Position numbers and translations under genes: made by a program. From contig NC_045697.1 in NCBI RefSeq assembly GCF_009834535.1, positions 44,828,001-44,892,000 of the forward strand: a stretch of 64,000 nucleotides of DNA, given 5' to 3'. The stretch is from Camelus ferus. Its lineage: Eukaryota. Shown one piece after another: positions 24,157 to 36,553 of this stretch. The notes beneath the pieces are model-generated. The model had not been told where the DNA came from. It searched no databases and worked only from the letters and a program-made list of their open reading frames with translations. Each line of letters begins with the position of its first letter. Positions within the stretch are counted from its first letter, which is position 1.

Positions 24157-26270
24157 CTCTAGAAGATCTGGAAGGAGAGAGAGACTGGCACTGGCTTGAA
24201 AAGGTGTAGAAAGAAGGTGAGAGAAAAGGAGGGGAGGGAAGTTGCGGTAGTTCGTAGGAGAAAGGCTGTGTTAAGAGAAGAAAGGGTCAGAAGTGGGGGA
24301 GCAGGGTTTTAAGGAGAATGTTCTAGGAACGAAACCAGGAGCATTTCAGAGTAAGAGTAGGGCCAGATATAGAGTAGATAGCGTGGTCGCAGCGTGGTTA
24401 TGTGAATTTCACCACTTTAATAAGAGTGTCCACTTCCCTCTTCCCTCAGCTTAGTGTGCACCTGCGTGCCCTGCCCTAGCATGGGCATAGATGCTTTTCC
24501 AGGTTATGCGACATCAGTACTGATCCCTGTCACCTGGTAGGGTGATCCTCATCAGCTCCCTCTCCATCAGGAATGAAGGAATGGCCTCTTGCTGTGGGTA
24601 GGATGGTGAGTGCCGATTTCAGAGTTTGTCATTTCTTGCATTAGGGCTGGGGATCCACCACCCAGAGTTCTCCTTCTTTCCTAGATGGTCCAGCACTTCC
24701 AATTTTTTTAGCCCTTAGACATAAAGGATTTACTACATCCCATCTCAGGAGATAGAACATTCCACTTGCCCACCTTATCAAGGGGCACTGCTATGAGGAC
24801 AGTCTTCAAGTGATCCCTGTACCTTCTCTTTTTGACCTGTAAACATCCATTCCATGTCCAATACCAGACACCAGCACTGCCTGTTTTCTACTGGTGACTA
24901 CTCTGATTTTCTCTTCTGGGATTCAAGGGTTCTCACCAAAAAACAAACAAACAAACACAACAACAACAATAAAAGACACACACACATAAAAACAAAAAAA
25001 CAAGCAAACAACCATAAAACCCTCAGTAATTACAAGACTCAGCAGGAGCACCCAGGTGTGATCCTGGGCAGGGACTTGGTGGTACTCGCTGTGGACTGCC
25101 ATGCTGGACTGCCATTCCACGTTCCCTCTAGTATGCTCTACACTGGCTGCCAGATTAAAACCTTTTAAGATTCTCTTCCCAGTGTGATTTGAATCCCTGC
25201 TGTGGGACCACTAGTAAGAGATTTGATGTGTAAAAGGAGCAGGAGTCAACCTGTGAGGTCCTACCTTCCTGATTCGTTGGCTTTTGCAGCTGCAGGGCTC
25301 TCTCCGTCCTGGTGGAGGAGGCTTGGTTCCATCAACAGTTCCCTGATGGGCTGTTTCATCCTGGGGACAGGAGCTTTTTAGGTCATGACAGAGGCTCAGC
25401 AATCATGGGAGCTGTTCTTGGAAGCTTGACTTAATCTGTTTCTTTGTTTCCTTTAATGATTGTTTTAAGCATCTAAAACCCAGCAGTAAAATATATTTTT
25501 TTGCTTAAACGAGGTATAGCAGTGTATGTTGTCTGCAACTGGACCTAAACGGATACAGTATCCCACCAGGCTGGCAGGTCGAGCTAGGAAGTCGAGAAAG
25601 AGATGGCTGAGTTTTGTCAGGCTTGATGAGTGGGAGAATAGATGCAGTGGGGGTTAGGAGGCAGGACACGAATGCTCACTGAGATGGTGAAGCCAGGTGG
25701 AGACTGAGAGAGCTGCGAGGGTGGGGAAGCCTCCTGGCACTGGGAGGTGTCCATGAAGGTAAAAGTTGCTTTCACTGGGTGTAAACAGGTGAGGTACACC
25801 TTGGTGTTAATCAGGGAAACATACCAATACTTTCGTCAATCTCCCAATATTGCTATTATTGGGGTAACATTTAAATTTCACAGTGCAGTGAAGTATGTCT
25901 GGAAACTTAAATAAACCTCTTTTAGACACCTTGTAAAGATTTGTGTGTGTGTGATTTTGCGTAGAGAACAATAAAACTGGGGAGAGGCACATGCTAGGTA
26001 ATAGCTGGGTTCACTCACCAAGTTCATCATCAAGGAGCTGATGGATCTTTACATGTCATGGCCCTTTAGGGGTCACTTGCAAATAGTGAAACCACAAATA
26101 CTAATGGTGTTTGTATGTTAGTTGTTGGCTTGTTTTTTAGTTAAACTAATACATTAGATAGTAAGTATGCCAGCTAAATCTTTACTTTGCTTTTTAAGTA
26201 CTTTGTATGTTGATCAGAAACTTGTGATTATTTAATGAATACCTGATAACTGAATTGTTAGCCCTGAATT

Positions 26271-26308
26271 GTAATTGTGACCTTAAAAGTAATTGTGACC
26301 TTAAAAGT
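26271..26308. repeat. Perfect 18-bp tandem duplication
   Basis: gtaattgtgaccttaaaa occurs twice in tandem, followed by gt. Confidence 0.95.
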
Positions 26309-26559
26309 CTGTGGATAAAAATGAAGTCATCTTACCATTAATGTCCCATTTGTAAAGCCTTAGCTGCTATCTTGTGTCTCGAGTGTCTTGGATTTCCCTC
26401 AACCTTTCCCTCATTTATAACTAACAAAGACCTGGGTTTGTGTAGGTGGCAAATATTTTTATGGAATTTAGTCAGATGATAAGGAAGTGGATCTATCACT
26501 TCTGTTCTTCCAGTGAGTTTCATATTTAAATAATTTGTCACAAACCAAAGGAACTGGAA

Positions 26560-26816
26560 TGTGTTTTATTTGCGTGGCTTTTATCAAGTGTTTGAATTTG
26601 TTGCTGACAATAAAAATCAAGAATTCTTAGCAGAAAACCAGGTTTCCTAACGCCATGGGTGCTATTCCTGGCTGGGGCGGAGTAGCCGCTCTCCCAGTGG
26701 CAGGCCGTGGCAGGCCGTGGCGGCCGTGGCAGGCTGTCTCCAGGCAGCCCCAGACCCACCTCCTTCATTTACCATTGCCTGCCTGACTCCTGTGGGCATT
26801 CAAGTTTATGACCCAT
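26560..26816 (-). mobile_element. MER102-like hAT DNA transposon containing a 10-bp tandem repeat
   Basis: tgaatttgttgctgacaataaaaatc...ttcatttaccattgcctgcctgactcctgtgggcattcaagtttatgaccc resembles antisense MER102. About four gtggcaggcc units at 26697-26734. Confidence 0.7.
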
Positions 26817-27419
26817 ATAATAGCTATGATTGAATAAATAAAAATTGTCACCTAGAACTGGAACATGGGGTCCTCTTAAAAAGTCACGATGTTAAGAATA
26901 TCCAGCCATTGGTCATAAAAATTGTATTTGTAATGTAATCTTCCTGGTGAAAAAAATTATTTGGGTTTCTGTTCTGGGCTATGCAGATTTTGAAGATTCA
27001 CCAATTAATTTCTATACTACATATCATCAACCTATTTATCCAGCATCCATTGAGCACTTTCTCTTGCTGAGTTATTATTTATGCAACTTGGAAAACATTT
27101 TCACAACCGTAGTATTTGTTTATCTGATCCCTCTGTGTGATCCTCTTAGCTCGCTCATTTATTCCATCATGTAGGAGTATCTATCTTTGCTGTGTTCCTA
27201 GGGGAATGGGTTCGGCTCTGTTTCCTCCTCTTTCCCCTAGAGCATTGTTTTGTGCACTAATATCTGTATCTTTTTCCCTCACTCTTTTAGCTTGAAAAAT
27301 ATATCACTTAATCATGAAGTGTATGCTTAGAAAATGAACATATACCTCCAGCCACTGTTTTAATAAAACATAAACAAAAAGCCAGTATAGCTCCTGTACT
27401 ATAGATCAAGGAACTAAAT

Positions 27420-27745
27420 TGCTTCATTTATTCATTCAGTCGTTCACTCTGCAGATACTTCTCGAGCACCTAATGAGTGCCTGATTTTCCAGATCCTCAG
27501 GATGCAATGGTAGACTAAAGAGAACAACATTCAACCACACTCTAGCAAGGAGACGGCAGTCAAGAGATACCTTATACCTGGTCAGGTGGTGCCAGTGCTA
27601 TGGAGAACGGTGATGGAGGGGCAGGTGATCAAGTCCCATGGGTGCTGTGCTAGATGGGGGAGACAAGTAAGGCCTCGATGAAGAGGTGACATTTGAGCAA
27701 GAGACCTGAATTAATTGTGATGGGAAACCATGTAAGGAAGACGTG
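27420..27745 (-). mobile_element. L2 3' end
   Basis: ttcatttattcattcag...gagcacctaatgagtgcc...aggcctcgatgaagaggtgacatttgagcaagagacctgaa. Confidence 0.8.
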
Positions 27746-28639
27746 TTTGTTTTTACGATGGGAGACCCCTGAGCATCTACGTATATAGGTGGAGAGCAGA
27801 GGAACTGGCTACAGAGAATGCCTGATCAGTGGTGGGCTGGTTCCCAGGCTCAAGTTCAGGTTCACATGACCAAGGTGGTACACAGAGCTTGACTGTAACT
27901 ATGGCGGGCTGTTGTGGTTGCCCTGCCAGGGCCCCTGGGCTCCTTCCCCTCTCCCTGACTCCCTCCTGCTGGTGCAGAGTATTCACTGCAGAGTGTGTAT
28001 AGCACACTGCAGAAGTGGTGCGTGCTGGCTTCTCAGACATGTGTGATTTGTGGTGTACCTGCTTTGGTGTTCATTTGAGTCTTCCCAGGAGCACATGGAT
28101 TCCAGGAAACATGGTCCACATATTTTTGAATATGTGATCTCACCAATATGAATATCTGAACCCTTACTTGGGGACGCATCAGTGTTTATTGGAACTGACG
28201 GCGGAAACTCTGGCTCTGCAGCATCTTTATGTTCAGAATCCTCCAGGTGCACGTTTGGATGGATATGCATTTAGTCCGGTGTATCTATTAAGAGGGCTAA
28301 TTTTGACAGGCAAATGAATTTGTGATACCCCATTGATCAAATGACAAAAGCACTCACTTCCCCATACTCCAGAGCAACTCGTAATGACTTAACTGTTTGG
28401 AATTATCATTCTCATGTTAAAGACCTTGTTACTTCTTGTAACACTGATTTACCTGTTTTTCTAGTAGAGAGGGTGGTCCACCATGGAGTTCTAACTAAAG
28501 CCCATTGATAGTAAGTATTCCCTTTGTCAAAAATCATTTGCACCCTAAGTTAGAAAATTATTAGATTATTGTTTTGTTCCTACTTGTGCTTTGGCATGAT
28601 TTTAAGCAGCTCAAAACGCTACCTCATCACCTGCTCTGC

Positions 28640-29035
28640 CTCTCATTCACGGTACTCCCGGATCCGGGCTTTCCTGTTTCCAGCCTCAGTTTTTGAACTT
28701 GCTGTTTGCTCTGCCTTGAACAGTCTTCCCAAGACCCACATGGCTGCATCCCTCATTTCCTTAAGGTTTCTGTACAAATGTCAGCTTTCGGAGGCCTCTC
28801 CTGACCACCTTCTGTTGAATAAATTCCCCACCATGGCACTCATCACTTTTGCTCTGCCTTGTGTTTCTCTATAGCATCGTCACCATTGGCATGCTGTTTA
28901 CTTTCTTGGCTGCTTGTTTATTGCCTCCCTCACTAGAATGTAAGCTCTGTGAGAGCAAGGACTTTGTTTTGATCATGGCTTGCATCCTGAGTTCCTAGAC
29001 CTATGTTGCACAGAGAGGAGTCAAGCAGTATTTTA
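28640..29035 (+). mobile_element. L2 3' end
   Basis: tttgaacttgctgtttgctctgccttgaacagtcttccc...cactagaatgtaagctctgtgagagcaaggactttg. Confidence 0.85.
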
Positions 29036-29272
29036 AAAATAGAGCTATGATGATCATGGCTGGTGAAGTCAAGTTCGAGTTCTAGACCCCCATTAGCAGC
29101 ACATGCTCACCAACTGAACCAGCTGCCATAGAGATATTGGAAGCCCAGAGTAAGCACTCATTCCAGCCACAGATTTGTACAGGATGGTTTTCTTTGGATA
29201 TGGGGCTATTTTCTCTTAGGAAAGAGAAATTTGCAGGCGTGACTAGCAGACTATATTGGAGTGGATCTCTGA

Positions 29273-29430
29273 ATCCTTGCTCCTCCAAGTGTGGGCCGCC
29301 CACCAGCAGCGTTGACATTGCCCTGAGCTTGTTAGAAATGCAGGAGCTCAAGGCGCACCCAACCCGCTATATCAGAATCCTTATTGTATACAGGTGATTC
29401 CTCTGTATAACTAACGTTTGAGAAGTATGG
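29273..29430. mobile_element. MER5A-like hAT DNA transposon
   Basis: tccaagtgtgggccgcccaccagcagc...gagcttgttagaaatgcag...caggtgattc...gtttgagaag. Confidence 0.8.
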
Positions 29431-29644
29431 CTGTAAATCACCTGACTGAAATATCAGAAGATGTCTTCTAGAACTTGGTCACTTAACTTGGTTTTGGAAA
29501 TCATCATTAGTAAAGGGGACATTTTAGATATCTTCTATTCCTTTTTTTTTTTTTTTCCCAAATTGAAAACAGATAGGGATTTGAGTTGGTCACTTAATCT
29601 CTCTGTCCTCAGGTTCTGTCTCTATGAGGAGGCAGTTGCTCTAA

Positions 29645-29645
<1 letters not shown>

Positions 29646-29694
<49 letters not shown>
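29646..29694. repeat. (TG)24 microsatellite
   Basis: Perfect TG run. Confidence 0.98.
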
Positions 29695-29695
<1 letters not shown>

Positions 29696-29904
29696 GGGGG
29701 TGCCTTTCAGGCCCAAGTCAGAGCAGATCTTTGGGTATCTTCAGTTCTACTTCCTCCTCCTCATTTCCAACTTCTGTTCTTCTGGTGATCTGTAGAGTCT
29801 CAGACAGAGAAATAGACTTTCTGGGGAAAATGGCGACCACATTCTATTTGAAGAGACCAGTCCAATGTGCTGGTCCCCAGAAAGAATTCCAGCTGATGTG
29901 TTAG

Positions 29905-30130
29905 GTAGGCTGGAAAAATTCGTGTCTGAGCTCTTACTCTGTGTCAGGACCCATCTACGTGCTTTACATCATCAACTTCTATAATCCTACTTGATACAAC
30001 GAAACAGATGCTCTTGTTCTCATTTAAAGTTGTGGAAACCGAGGCCTGAAAGGTCAGTACTTTGTCAAGTTCACCCAGTTACTGAGTGGAGGAGCTGGGA
30101 TTCCAGCCCAGGTAGACTGGCCCCAGACCT
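29905..30130 (-). mobile_element. MIR SINE
   Basis: ggaaaccgaggcctgaaagg...tttgtcaagttcacccag...gagctgggattccagcccaggtagactggccccaga. Confidence 0.8.
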
Positions 30131-30547
30131 AGGCACATCACTGTTTCTGAGGGAGAATCTTGCAAATTTACTACTATCTGTTGGAGAGAAGTGTGGATTA
30201 AATGCTGGTCAAAGGCGATTGTAGGTTCTTCAGTGAGACAAAGTATGAAATGCTGAATTTTGAGCTGAGTGATCAAGCTTTATTTCGTTTGAGGCTCACA
30301 TTTAAAGCTTTTGTTATGCGATGCTGCTAATGTGATTTTCCAGTGCAGAAACCCTCCGGCATGTCGATCATGTTGTATGTATTATTCACTGTGACTCTGG
30401 CAAGTAGGATGACTGGAGATTGTTAAAGCTGCTCTTGAGCCGCCTTCAGGGGATCGTGAGCATCACGTGGAGGCAACACAAGGGCAATTCCGGGGCGATT
30501 CCACCCCTAGTAGGCGAGGGGAAGAGGGGAGAGTGAGAGGGAACCCA

Positions 30548-30780
30548 TGATGTGTGTTTAACACCTTGCTGGATGTCTTACACACATTGCCTTGTTTAAT
30601 CCTCACAACATGCCAGGGACAGTGTATCATCTCCTCCATTTTACAAAAGAGGAATACCAAGGCTTGGAGCCATTACATACTTGCTTTGAATCTTACAACT
30701 AACTGCTAACTGATGGAGGCAGGATTCAAACCAGGTTCACTTGCTCTCAAAGTTTATCCTCTTCACAGTTTAGCATTTTG
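30548..30780 (-). mobile_element. MIR SINE
   Basis: tttaatcctcacaaca...ctccattttacaaaagaggaataccaaggctt...ggcaggattcaaaccagg. Confidence 0.82.
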
Positions 30781-32684
30781 GAGAAATACTGGGAAGGTGC
30801 ACATGGTGATATGTTTAAAATATTAGAAATATGGCTTTCAAGTGAACATATTTAAAAATAGGTATTTCCACATCCTGGTAACACGATGCTACCCTCACGG
30901 CCTCCCAGCTCAGATTCGTTGACAACAGTAATATCAGTAAATTAAAAAAAAAAAAGATAAATGGTTTCCAAAGACATCACTGATTGACTAAAAACAAGAG
31001 TAGTGAACAATTGGTTTACTTGTAGTCAAACACATTATCTATTGCATCACCAATCCTGCTAAATTATCCATTTGTTCACTTTATTTGAGGGAGAGTTTGG
31101 CTTTGCAGGGAGGTACTTGAGGCTGTAAATACACATCTCCAGGTACCTTCTTCGCATTGTGCTCCGCAGCTGATGTGCATTGATCTGTGCTGTAAATAAG
31201 CTTGGCAGGAAATCCACCCCAAGACTTCATTCCAGTAATTTGCTTCATTGGATGAAGTTGCCCTGATGCTGGTGAATTCTCCAAATTAAAAGCCCATGCT
31301 GACTTTACTTATCCTTGTGCTCAGCCCGTCTCAAGTAAGGGAACTTTGATCCAAACAGGTCGGGCTAGCCACCCCTGTGAGGTGGATTTCTTGACATAGT
31401 TCCAGGTGTGTGGATAACGCAAAGTCTGCAGAGGAGAGGAGAACCTCCTCTTACTGGAAATGCACTGTATTTGTCACACTCCAGAAGGACGAAAGTCCAG
31501 CCCCTCAGCCACTGGAGGCCTGCTGGCTTTCTGCATTTCACAGAGCGCCTTTTCCGGAGGCAGCGGCCCCCGAAATTGCTAGGGAATCAGCATACTTCCT
31601 GCATTCTCACTGTAAGTGGTTTCTGCCCTTTGAAATTAAGGATTTCCTGGAAGTCCTCAGAGCAACCCGTTCCTGTGCTGCATCTTCGTGTGACCTTTCT
31701 CAGATAGGTCTCTTAAATGGAGTAATCTGGGGACAGATTTTGGAATATAGAGTTATTAAGGCTGAGGGAGTGATCATTCTAATGTGAATCACCCATGCAG
31801 TGTCTGGTACAGGATGAAGAGGGAGGCCAGTCAGGTCTCCATGCCTTTCCCCAGCTGGGGCTTCTTAAAATGCTCCCGGTTATTCTTGAGTGACAGTGTT
31901 TTTCAGCTTCCCGAGGCAGCCAGCAGAACTCTGATGTAAAAGGATTTGTCATTTTGATTCTAGTCGAAATGAAGCATTTTGTACAGTACATGAAAAAATA
32001 TAGAAGTCTTTTCAGTGGATGAACAGCCTATTATCCATAGCAGAACTGCTGTGTTTTATGTCTGTCTGGGAATTACCGATGGCAGCGGCAGCCCGGGCGG
32101 GGGGCAGCCAGGCTGCTGCTAAATTGTCGAGGCCTGGAAATGGATGGGAGCTTTATTTTTTAAAGCATGTTCAGTTGGTGCCATCGTCTCCGTTTTCTAA
32201 AGTACAAATGAGCTTTTTGCTTGGAAATCCTGAGGGTGAAAGGCAGCCCCATAGACAGAGGAGACCTTCCCCGACTGCCCGTCAGTTTTGGAGCTGGAGC
32301 GGAATGATAGATCAATCTCGCATTCATTCCGCTGGTGACAAAGCCCCAAAGATGCCTCTTTGAAACCTATTTACTTCCGCAGGATGATCTGTCAGCATCC
32401 CGTCTTGTCCGTGATTAACACTTTGAGAGAAGATCAGTGCCTTTTATGACTAACATGTCTTAATTTTGGCAAGAACACAAAACAGACTTTATGGGGACTT
32501 ACTACAGCTTTGGTATTCAGACGTCATGACCACCCAGGTTTCAGCTGGCCTTTTTCGCATCTTGGGTATGAAAACCCTGACTCCGGAATGGGAGACAAGA
32601 AAAAATGTAATCACAGAAGGAGTCGTTTGATGTTGTGAGGAATCTGGAGTAATCCTAATGACATCAAGCTTTCTGTTCCTTATC

Positions 32685-33063
32685 CAGGGTCTGCGTCATG
32701 GGGGTGTGGGGACATGGGGCTGGATTGAAGAAGGGCCCCACACTTGGTTTGATGCCCTATGGTCACCTTCTTGAAATTCTTTTTTTTTTAATTTTTTCTT
32801 CTCTTATTGATTTTTTAATGAAATTTTGTTCATTCTTTTGTTTTCGTTTTTTAAGTTTTTCAGGGGGAGGTAATTAGGTTTACTTATTTATTTATTTTAA
32901 TGGAGGTACTAGGGATTGAGCCCAGGGCCTTGTGCATGCTAAGCATGGGTTCTACCACTGAGCTATACCCTCCCCACTACCTTCTTGAAATTCTTAACTT
33001 TTGAGCAAGAAGTCCTTCATGTTTATTTTTCATTAAGCTCCACAAATTATGTACCCAGTGCTG
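32685..33063. mobile_element. MER91A-like hAT-Tip100 fossil interrupted by a SINE
   Basis: gggccccacacttggtttgatgc...cttcttgaaattcttaacttttgagcaag...ccacaaattatgtacccagtgctg resembles MER91 once the SINE is removed. Confidence 0.7.
32782..32978 (-). mobile_element. tRNA-Ala-derived camelid SINE (Vic-1-like) with long tail
   Basis: ggaggtactagggattgagcccagggccttgtgcatgctaagcatgggttctaccactgagctataccctcccc. Perfect 17-bp TSD accttcttgaaattctt at 32765-32781 and 32979-32995. Confidence 0.93.
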
Positions 33064-33369
33064 CTTGTAATTTAGTCTTAAAAGATGGTAAAGCAGGAAT
33101 TCTGACCAAATATTCCCATCACTCATGTATTACCAGTTGACTTTCTTTTTGACTTTTGTTCTGCTTTTGTCCTTCTGTTTCTTCCATACAGAGAAGAGAT
33201 TTGTATAATGTATGGATGAGACAGATTAAACTTGGAAAATGGAAATGATGATGGTATCTAACATAGGATGGTTGGGAGGATTAAATTAGATAATGCTTAT
33301 AAAACATCTAGCATATTACATGGCAATGATAAGGACTCATTAAGTAAGAGCTATACATTTTATCTTTTA

Positions 33370-35140
33370 CTGATTTTCTCCAACACCTTATTATGAAAAA
33401 TCTCAAACACAGAAACGTTGAAGAATTTTATAGTGAACACTCATAATATGTCCTAGATTCTTCCATTAACATCTTACTAATTTACTTTATCGTATATTTA
33501 TCCATCTATCTGTCTCTTTGTCCATCCACCAATCTTATTTTTGTGATCCATTAAAGTTTCAGACATGAGAACACATTTAAATATTTCAGCAAGTGAATCA
33601 TTAACTAGAGTTCAATATTTGTTTAAGTATTTTTCTTTTGAGGTAATGTACATAGAGTGAAACACCCAAAGCTTGTGTGTATTCACTGGGTTTGGCAAAT
33701 GCTTGTACCTGTTTAATGCAAATTCCTATTAAGTTACAGAATTTTCATTACCCCAGGAAGTACGTTCATGCTCCTTCCCAGGCTGTCCCTGCCCCACTCT
33801 CCACCCCCAAAGGCAACCATTGTTCTATTTTTTAACCTTGTTAGTTTTGCCTGTCCTATAACTTTATATAAATGTCATCATACAATATATACTCTTCTGT
33901 AAGGCTTCTTCCTTTCAGCATAGTGTTTTTGAGATTCATCCATTGTAGTGTGTGTTTGTTTCTCTTGCTGAGAACTAGTTAATATATGATGATACCACAG
34001 TTTGTTTCTCCATTCTCCTGTTTATGGACATCTGGGCTATATTTAGGTTTTGGTTATTATGAGTAAAGCTGCTATGAACACTCCTGTAGAAAATTTTTTG
34101 TGGAATTGCTAGGTCAGGGAGTAGGTGTATATTTAGTTTTATAAGAAATGGACATGAATTATCCTAAAGTTGTTGTACCCAGTGATATGTTGGTAAATGT
34201 TTATCAACTGATTCTCCAAAAAGGAAAAACAAACAAACAAACAAACAAAAAAAACCCAAAAAACAAGGAGGAGGAAAAGTAGGAGGAGGTAGAGGAGGAG
34301 GAAGAGATGGAGAAGACAATGATGATGAAGACTACCCATAACAACAAGTGCAAAATTGCCAATTTCATGATGTAAATACTCCCATTATGGCCAATTTCAG
34401 GCTACCAGTGTGAAGTCATTAAGAGCTAAGATGGGAAGAGATGTGCAGGACTGAGTCTTGTGAACCAGTGCAAACTAGCTCCTGCACACCACCAGTTGTA
34501 CTGTTTTATATTCCCACCAGACTACAGGAGCATTTCAGTTGCTCTACGTCCTTGTCAACGTTTGGTGTTGACGGTCTTTTTAGTTTTAGGCATCTTGGTG
34601 GATATTACTGGTATCTCATTGGTTTTTTAAAAAATTTCTCTAATGAGAATGCAAATGTACTTATTGGCCTTTCATATAACTACTTTACTAAGAGATCTGC
34701 TGAGATCTTACCCATTTTTTACTGGGAAGATCAGCTAAGAAACATTCATTTTCCTCCAAGTGTTAAAGATATTCCCTACCTTTTCTTGCAAAAGCTTTAT
34801 TATTTAACTTTGGTGAGAAGTGTGCAATCTATTTCAAATTAATTTGTACTTGATATGAAGTAAAGGTCAAAGTTCATTTTTTTGCATATGAATATCCAGT
34901 TATTACAGCACATTTGCTGTGACTTTTTGTCTTTGTCAAAAAATTAAAGGAACGTTTCTATTTCTTGTCTTTCTATTCTGTTATGTTGATTTGTTTGTTG
35001 ATTATTATGCCAGTAACACATTATCTTAATTCTGTAGCTTAATGTCTTGAAGTCAGGTAGTATACGTCCTCCAACTTTATTCTTCTTTTTCAATATTGCT
35101 TTGGATGTTCTAGATCCAGTGCATGCATTTTTCCATATTT
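33370..35140 (-). mobile_element. Old L1M (L1MC/ME-like) 3' region
   Basis: Antisense old-L1 motifs: aggcaaccattgttc...gttagttttgcctgtcc...ttttgagattcatccattg...tggacatctgggct...aaagctgctatgaaca; tagtatacgtcctccaactttattcttc. Confidence 0.8.
34180..34494. mobile_element. MER63-like hAT-Blackjack DNA transposon nested in the old L1
   Basis: cagtgatatgttggtaaatgttt...tgtaaatactcccattatggccaatttcaggctacca...gctcctgcacaccacca. 8-bp TSD gttgtacc (34172-34179) / gttgtact (34495-34502). Internal (AAAC)n/(GAG)n/(GAT)n low-complexity tract. Confidence 0.85.
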
Positions 35141-36341
35141 TCTGCTAATTTCAGTTTGAGAACTTAGCAAATCATCTTTTTTTACAATAACCCGTTCACT
35201 TTTAGAAGGTAAAATTCCCTTTTTAGCATTTAGCATATTATGACTATTTTATAAATACTACTACACACCCAATCAGCAATTCTCCAACACTGTAGTAAAA
35301 TGTTGTCATTGTTACTTTATTTCACGCAAAGGTTAACTAGAGCCAAGGGGTTAACTGATAAATGCCATATGGCTGTTCAGTGAGGTAGGAATCAGGTTTT
35401 CTGCTTTTAGAGACAGTGAATTCCATTAAATCCCACTGCCTGAGGTAAACAGTGTCAGTTTTCAATAAAAGGATACTGGATTTTCTAGTGGTCTGCTATC
35501 AGGTAAAAGTCTCAGACTGTTTCTGAAGAATAGACATGTACGAATAATTACTGGCTATTTGCAGTGACCCTTTTTGCCTTGCATAACTAGTGTTATAGAT
35601 TGGAAGGAAGTCTAGTGGACTATTCCAAACAACATCCCCACTCCAGACACCATTTCTAGGCCAAGTCTGAATCACTTCTGAAAATTGTGAGGGATTAAGG
35701 GAGCCAATTAACCACACTCCCCTTCCTTTTAAATTCTGAGCGACTTAGAATACACATGGAAGTGAGATAAGAGTCAAACATTGACTCTAATACTGGCAAA
35801 GGTGGTTCAGAATCCTGTGGTCAGAGTGGCTTCTTGTGTCTTATCTCTGGGATTGAGCCTCCTGCCCAGGTGCAGACCCTAACGCTGGATGACTGGAGTT
35901 CTCCCCAGCCATTGCAGGGTCCATCCTGGGAGCATTCGCACAAGAGGAGGAGAATGGATGTGATTCTTGTATATAGGCAGCTCTGCAAGGGAGAGAGTCT
36001 GGAGAGAGCCTTGGCTGTATTACAATGAGCATCAGGTGCCTTCTCCTCCCAGGGAGAAGAAGAGCATGAAAGGGTGAGTAGAGGGGGCAGAGCAGCTTCT
36101 TTCCTAAGATGAGAGAGACGTGGGAGGGAGGAAGAGTCTCTGCCTGTCCGCTTCAGTCACGGGGAACCAATCTGTCTCAGGGCTGCTTCCTTAATTTTAA
36201 ACACCTCGTATTATGGTTAAGTTCTTCCTTATGTTAAAGCTTTCTCTTTAAAATTCTACTTTTTGGTCCTTGTTCTGTTCTCCTGATACTCATGGCATAA
36301 ATCTACATACTGTTTTAGCATATTTGAAGTTCTTGAGGTAC

Positions 36342-36485
36342 TTTTTTTTTTAATTTTTTTTTTTTGGGTGGGGGGAGGCAATTAGGTTTACTTATTTATT
36401 TATTTTTAGAGGAGGTACTGGGATTGAATCTAGGACCTTGTGTATGCTAAGCATGCACTCTACCACTTGAGCTATACCCTCCCCC
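36342..36485 (-). mobile_element. tRNA-Ala-derived camelid SINE (Vic-1-like)
   Basis: ggaggtactgggattgaatctaggaccttgtgtatgctaagcatgcactctaccacttgagctataccctcccc, with the same ggggaggYaattaggtttacttatttattt tail module as the copy at 32782. Confidence 0.9.
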
Positions 36486-36553
36486 TGAGATAGTTGTCGT
36501 TATATCTTTATTAGTTGATCTCCTTTTAACATTCCTTAACTTTCTCAAATTCT

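Noticed and set aside
24480..25150. Possible decayed retroviral or processed-pseudogene coding sequence
   Set aside because: Partial translation by eye gave no recognisable motif.
30357..30376. Two CATG cores resembling a p53 response element
   Set aside because: The half-sites overlap by one base and have several flank mismatches.
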